A stretch of 64,000 nt of DNA, from positions 22,353,319-22,417,318 of the forward strand of contig OZ037768.1 in NCBI GenBank assembly GCA_964035545.1, given 5' to 3'. Position numbers and translations under genes: made by a program. Shown piece by piece: positions 58,480 through 64,000 of this stretch (the first letter of the stretch is position 1; every line of letters begins with the position of its first letter). Below the pieces are notes generated by a model. It was not told the DNA's origin. It did not search any database and worked only from the letters and a program-made list of their open reading frames with translations. This stretch comes from Bugula neritina (Eukaryota; Animalia; Bryozoa).

Positions 58480-61439
58480 CTTCTGTGAAAGAGAGATATT
58501 AGTTACTATCTACACTAACACTCTAAGGTTATAGTATTTCTACTGAGTCTATTCTTGTACACTTATTTGATTGAAGCTTTAATGCTTATTGGAAATGTTA
58601 TATTTTTACTGATTTTAGTCCCGAATACTGAAGCTCTATTGCAAATGCTTATCAGTTAAGTGCTCCAGAGAATCAGTATAAAATTATACCACGTAAACAT
58701 ATAAACGCAGTCAACACGTACTCCCCACCTGCTATTCTCTATTCAGATCTACTAACATGCACCTTGAAGAATAATTACACAACTTCACGATGGGCTACTA
58801 TTTATTACAGAGCGATTAAAAGCAAATACCTATGAAAGACAGAATGATGCACCTAAGATGCAAGTGTAGCTATACAATGAGACTTATTGAGGGCAGAGTG
58901 TAAACACTTGTAGAGACAAAATAAAAGCCTCGTAGTACATAGTAGGAGGTGATATAGCATAAACAGCTGTAAGTTTTGTAAAGAGAATTGTTATGGGAAG
59001 GTTAAAATACTGAGCTACTAAGACTTACAATCTAATTGCTTTGAAAAATCAAAATAACTTACTAAATACTTCATCAAGTAATGTAAAATGTCATAAAACC
59101 GGTTTTACAAAAGACAATTGCCATTCGTAAACATTTACACATCTGCTGTTGAATCAACTTGGAAAGATACAACATGCTCATTATAACACTTCTGGGGGGA
59201 ATATGCCGTAATTGTGCATTTCAAAGATAGCTGTTAAGACATATTTCAGAGGAAGCACTGTTAGCTTAAATATCTAATGAAAAAACTTTGTATTCTATAG
59301 CTCTAAATCCAGAACTTTTTATGATCATTAACGCACACCCTGTAATTAGCAAAATTAGAGCTGCTAAAGAAGAATTATTAATCTAGCCTCTTAACTTTAT
59401 TAAAAAGTTACTAATACCAAATAAATTATAAAAGAGCTGAAATTTAGAGTACAGCTTTATCTAACTCTAGGCAAGCTAACCATTCAGCTGGAAATTTAAA
59501 AAAAATAAACTTGCATTATCCTGATAAAAAGCCATGGAAAATTAAAGTTTACTAATCAGAGTAGTTTAAAATCTAAATGCCGATGTAATTAAAAAGCGAT
59601 GCTTACTAAATAATAATAAAAAGTTGTATTTTACATTCAAACTTAAACTAGTATTTTATCAATTTAAACCTGAGAAATTAAAATATCATCAATTGCAAAA
59701 CTATAATAACATGAGTATCTTAAAACCTGGCTTTAGCATTGGCCCTTGATTTTCACTTTAAGTATAGTACAAAATAAATTACCTTCCTTTGAGAAGTGGT
59801 TATTTGGCTACAATACCTTTATATAGCAATACCTTAATGTTAATAGTAACAAGTTTAGTTAATAGTCTATAGATACAGGTGACAGCATTTCAGTTAAATT
59901 CAAACTACTGTGGATTCCTTAGAATTTTTTCCAAAAATTGCCTTACCACTATGTGCTTTCCCCGAAGTAACAGTGATTACATACTTGTACTCCTAAAAAA
60001 TTAAATTGATAATGACTTTCAAACTAGCTAGTGATTTATCGAGTAAGTTAACTTAAAAGAGATTAGTACTTGCACTGTAAGTCATAGTCCGATCAATAAC
60101 CAATAGTAATACTGAGAGACAGTTATAGTGTAACTTACAATAATTTTTGCTGCTGTTTTATTGCGGTTTAAGTTTAATCATAATTTAAAGTATGAATACG
60201 ACAAGTTAATGATTATTTTTAACATAAATGCAATGAAAATATCATCTATGAAATGGCGATTATAGTTAAGCCCTACCTAAATTTATGTTTTGGAGAATTC
60301 AGAACAAATGTATAAAACATATGGCTTATAAATGTATAATAAAAGAAAAGCAGACATTTCCAAACACAATTCAGTAAATAAAATTACTAGGCCTATGGCT
60401 ATTATTACAAATCAATGATAACAATGATACATCATTAATAGCTATACAAATGATAGTATTTTTGAACTAGAGATAGCTGAAGCAAAGCTAAAAAAACTCA
60501 TTATTTTTCTTGACTAACTCTAAATGTGATAATTTTTTAAAGTTTCAAATATAGTCAGTATTCACATTCACTTCATACTTATATTGATTTTAAATTACAG
60601 TTTGGGCTTAATACTGATTCACATTCACATTGGTATTTCATATTTTTCCATCTTTCATTGATCATGGTTACATCTAAACTTTAATGTGAGCTTGAGACTA
60701 AGTGTCTATGTAACTTTAATCTCAACATAAATACAGTAAAAAAATCATTATCAAAATGAAAATGACCATAAATCAATAAAAATACACTTGAAAAATAGAA
60801 TTTAAATTTAAATTTTTTGTCCAATTCTATGACTAGAAGAGTAGATAGAACCTTCCAAGTTCAAATTGATATTCTAATTTTCTTCATGATTATCATATTT
60901 ATTATCATAATCATAATCCAACTATTATTATGAGTATTTGATAAATGGAAAAAATTGATTTTCATCTCAACAGTAATATTAATTATAATATAATCATTTT
61001 CAATGTAAAATTTGCTTTTTTATTTTATTTCAGCAGCTTCAGCTTGAGCTTTTACTTTGTAATCGCTCTTACTGTCTTAGTTACTGTTGGAACTACAGTA
61101 AAAAATCAAATGACAATTTCAACTTGAGTTACTTTTTAGCTTTCGACTTTCACTTTGAATTAGTTTTAGAGTTAAAGTTTAAGTTGGTTACAGTTACTGC
61201 TGGTGTTACTGTTAGTTGTACTGACAAAATTAAGAATCATAATGATAATGAGAATCAGAATGACTGATTTTGAAAGTCAAAGCGAAGCACTATCCATATC
61301 ATTATCATTATGATATTGATAATCATTATCATCATGATTATGATCATTATCATTATGATTATGATTGTCATTATGATCATCATTTATTATTTATAGAAAA
61401 TGTAATCATGATTATCATGTAATGGTTGCTATTAGTATT

Positions 61440-61822
61440 ACGGTTAGACGCAGATTAATCGGTGGAAACCTTTTACTGTTAACTATTTTTCGTATAAATA
61501 CTTTTAGAAGACATCGAAATATAGTAAAATTGAGTTTTTGGTCTTCCAAGAATATTGAAAATAATTCAATGTGAAAGTGGATGTTGGGAATTCTAATAAT
61601 TATAATAATAAATATAAACCAAGGGATTTTAGTGAAATGACCTTGACACTGAGACTCTAAATCTATTGGCTACGACAATATAGCCGAAGTTAAGACCTTT
61701 TCTGCACGTATAGTATATGGACTTTGCTAATGCAGGAATCAGCAACGATTAGGACTAGCTCGTGTATCGGAAACAGTATCTGCTTTAGAAATTCCTAAGC
61801 ATCTCAATCAGAAGACATAAAA
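61440..61822. promoter_or_regulatory. Putative bidirectional promoter, RAD54L2/IFT122
   Basis: CpG-richer stretch before the IFT122 ATG; CGGAAA at 61768. The RAD54L2 ATG is preceded by an acceptor, implying an upstream 5' UTR exon. Confidence 0.4.
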
Positions 61823-64000
61823 ATGAGAACAGTTGCTCAGTGGGTAGATAAAGTCCATTTAAAAGACAAAGCTGAACAATGGTATGTTTAAAAAGTGTTT
61901 GAAAAAATTATTTTGATTTGTAGTGATAGTAAGATAACTGCTTGTGATGAAACTGTATAAAACTTTGATCTAGAAGTAGAACGGTTGCTAAGAACGCTTT
62001 CAAACTTCCTTTCATTTATGCAATTAATGATAATGACTTATGACGTTCAGTTTGAGTTTTTCCATTTGCAATTGTTTTTTATAGTAAATTATTGCTTATT
62101 TTAAGTAACTATTGAGCAACTAACATTTACATAATTTAATTTAAATTCATTTTGTCAAAGTATGGTCAGTTTTTAATCGTGCAGTGATTGAGTGAATGTA
62201 ATCTTATGGACCGTTTTTATCAGTATCTTTGACTTGCCTTTCCCATTTTCATTAGGCTATCAGCTTAGGCAAATTTTAAGGTGAGTTGAAAAAAAGCTGA
62301 GTACTCACCACAGAATGACAGTACCACCAACAGAAGAATTAGGTCACACTGAACTGTAACAACAAATAGTTTTTGAGTATCTAGGGATGTTGATAGATTA
62401 GAGAAGAGACTGTGAGTCATAGCTAATTGGAAGGCTAGGCGCAGCATGCTATAAACCGGGGGCGGGGGGGGGAGGAGACGAGAAAAGATGTTTCAGAGGT
62501 TTCATGTGATGAAAACTTCCAAAACACTTAATTGCTCAGCTATAAAAAACAAGACAGGCGTTAACTTAGGGTAATGGAACAAGGCACATCATCTTAAGGC
62601 AAGACAAACAAATAGAGGTTAACAATATGTGAATACCCAGAACTATATATTTGATCAGCTGGGAAAGTTAGTCTTTAAATATAGGATAAAAAGGAAACCT
62701 CAATGAAAATGGTCATTCGCAGCAAATGATAATTAGGCGAATGTTAGACATGTGACTGAGAGGAAGAAGAGCAAGGCCCAATCACATGACTTAACATTGT
62801 AAACAATGCTAGGAATTGGCGGGTTTTAAACCATAATTTTTATTGGTTGTTTTAGGTTTAAGTTATTTTAATAGAATTAATTTAAATCATTTCTCATTAA
62901 TGACAGGATTTGGAAAACCTAAAAAAGTATTGTGTTGCAATCTTTTGCTGTTGCCTTAGGAATACTAACACAATACAGGTTGTTTATGTTTGTAAAAGTA
63001 TTTGAAATAAATAGCTTGACTTTTTTATATACCATTTCTCTTCACTAGCTCTAGTTAAGGTGTAAGAATATTTTACTATGATGATATGATAAGCTAGAGT
63101 TAATTTTTAAGAGTATTGTGACCTATAAATTGTGACCTATAAAACATTGTGTTGTAGTAAATATATATAATTCATTATTATGTCAGTTACTGTCTTTCCT
63201 TACTTGTTCACCAATTGGAAGTTTGTTGTTTACACTCTTGCAATGTATTTTTTTTATAGCTTTGTCTGTTATTATTTGTTGGAAGAAATTAAATTAAAAT
63301 ATTTTTTTGAAGCATCTGGGACTTGTGCTTCAGCCCAGATGGCGCCCAGCTAATTGTAGCCGCAGGCTCACGTGTTATGGTATATGATGCCTCTGATGGA
63401 CAACTTATTCAGCCTCTCAAAGGTTAGAAATATATATATATTTAGTGGAATAATTTAAGAGGGAAATTTGAGGTTGTTATTCTACGGCTGGTTTTTCTTG
63501 GCAGGTCACAAAGATACAGTGTACTGCGTAGCCTACTCTAAAGATGGTAAGCGATTCTCCTCAGGGTCAGCTGATAAATGTGTCATCATTTGGACCAACA
63601 AGTTAGAAGGAATACTAAAGTACACGTACGTACTTAGTTCACACATTCTTACTTATTCAAATGTTAAAACATTTTTATTTCTCTTGCATTCGTTGATTGC
63701 TATTATATTTATATTCTGGTGTTAATAATATTAGCAGATTCTAACTTATTTAAGACTGAAAATTGTTTGTTTCATTTTTCTTGCATTCTTTAATTGCTAG
63801 CATTTGTGCATTTCCGGTGTTAATAATGCAGGCACAATGATGCTATACAATGCCTTGACTTCAACCCCGTCTCGCACCAGCTGGCTAGCTGCGCTGTCAC
63901 AGATTTTGGACTATGGTCGATGGAGCAGAAGTCAGTTAACAAGACCAAAGTGGCCAGTCGAATTACTTGCTGCAGTTGGACCAATGATGGCCAGTACCTC
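61823..64000 (+). CDS. IFT122: Intraflagellar transport protein 122 (IFT-A), N-terminal WD40 part, runs off the window
   Basis: Exons 61823-61881, 63313-63422, 63505-63625 and 63832-64000+: [10 protein letters not shown]...[50 protein letters not shown]...[11 protein letters not shown]. Confidence 0.93.

Overview
AT-rich, intron-rich animal (invertebrate-like) genomic DNA; no prokaryotic features. Manual exon stitching gives eight genes: a 5'-truncated multi-C2H2 zinc-finger gene (+), a vanin/pantetheinase-family gene (-), TMEM14 (-), RUS1/RUSF1 (+), GNB5 (-), a 3-Ig basigin/neuroplastin homologue (+), the SNF2 ATPase RAD54L2/ARIP4 (-) and the 5' part of IFT122 (+). They form three head-to-head pairs and three tail-to-tail pairs. 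Most long ORFs in the six-frame track are artefacts of intronic minisatellites. Three signals stand out. (1) Many minisatellites are anchored on real splice sites and their units carry splice signals; several units are complete GT...AG mini-introns joined by AG|GT, and one intron consists entirely of such units. (2) A minimal type I hammerhead ribozyme fold lies on the sense strand of a RAD54L2 intron. (3) Degenerate NTN/hexamer-periodic DNA flanks all three divergent promoters. Two copies of a tRNA-headed SINE with target-site duplications and several MITE-like elements are also visible. Coordinates and copy numbers were counted by eye and may be off by a few bases; gene names rest on recalled family motifs, not database searches.
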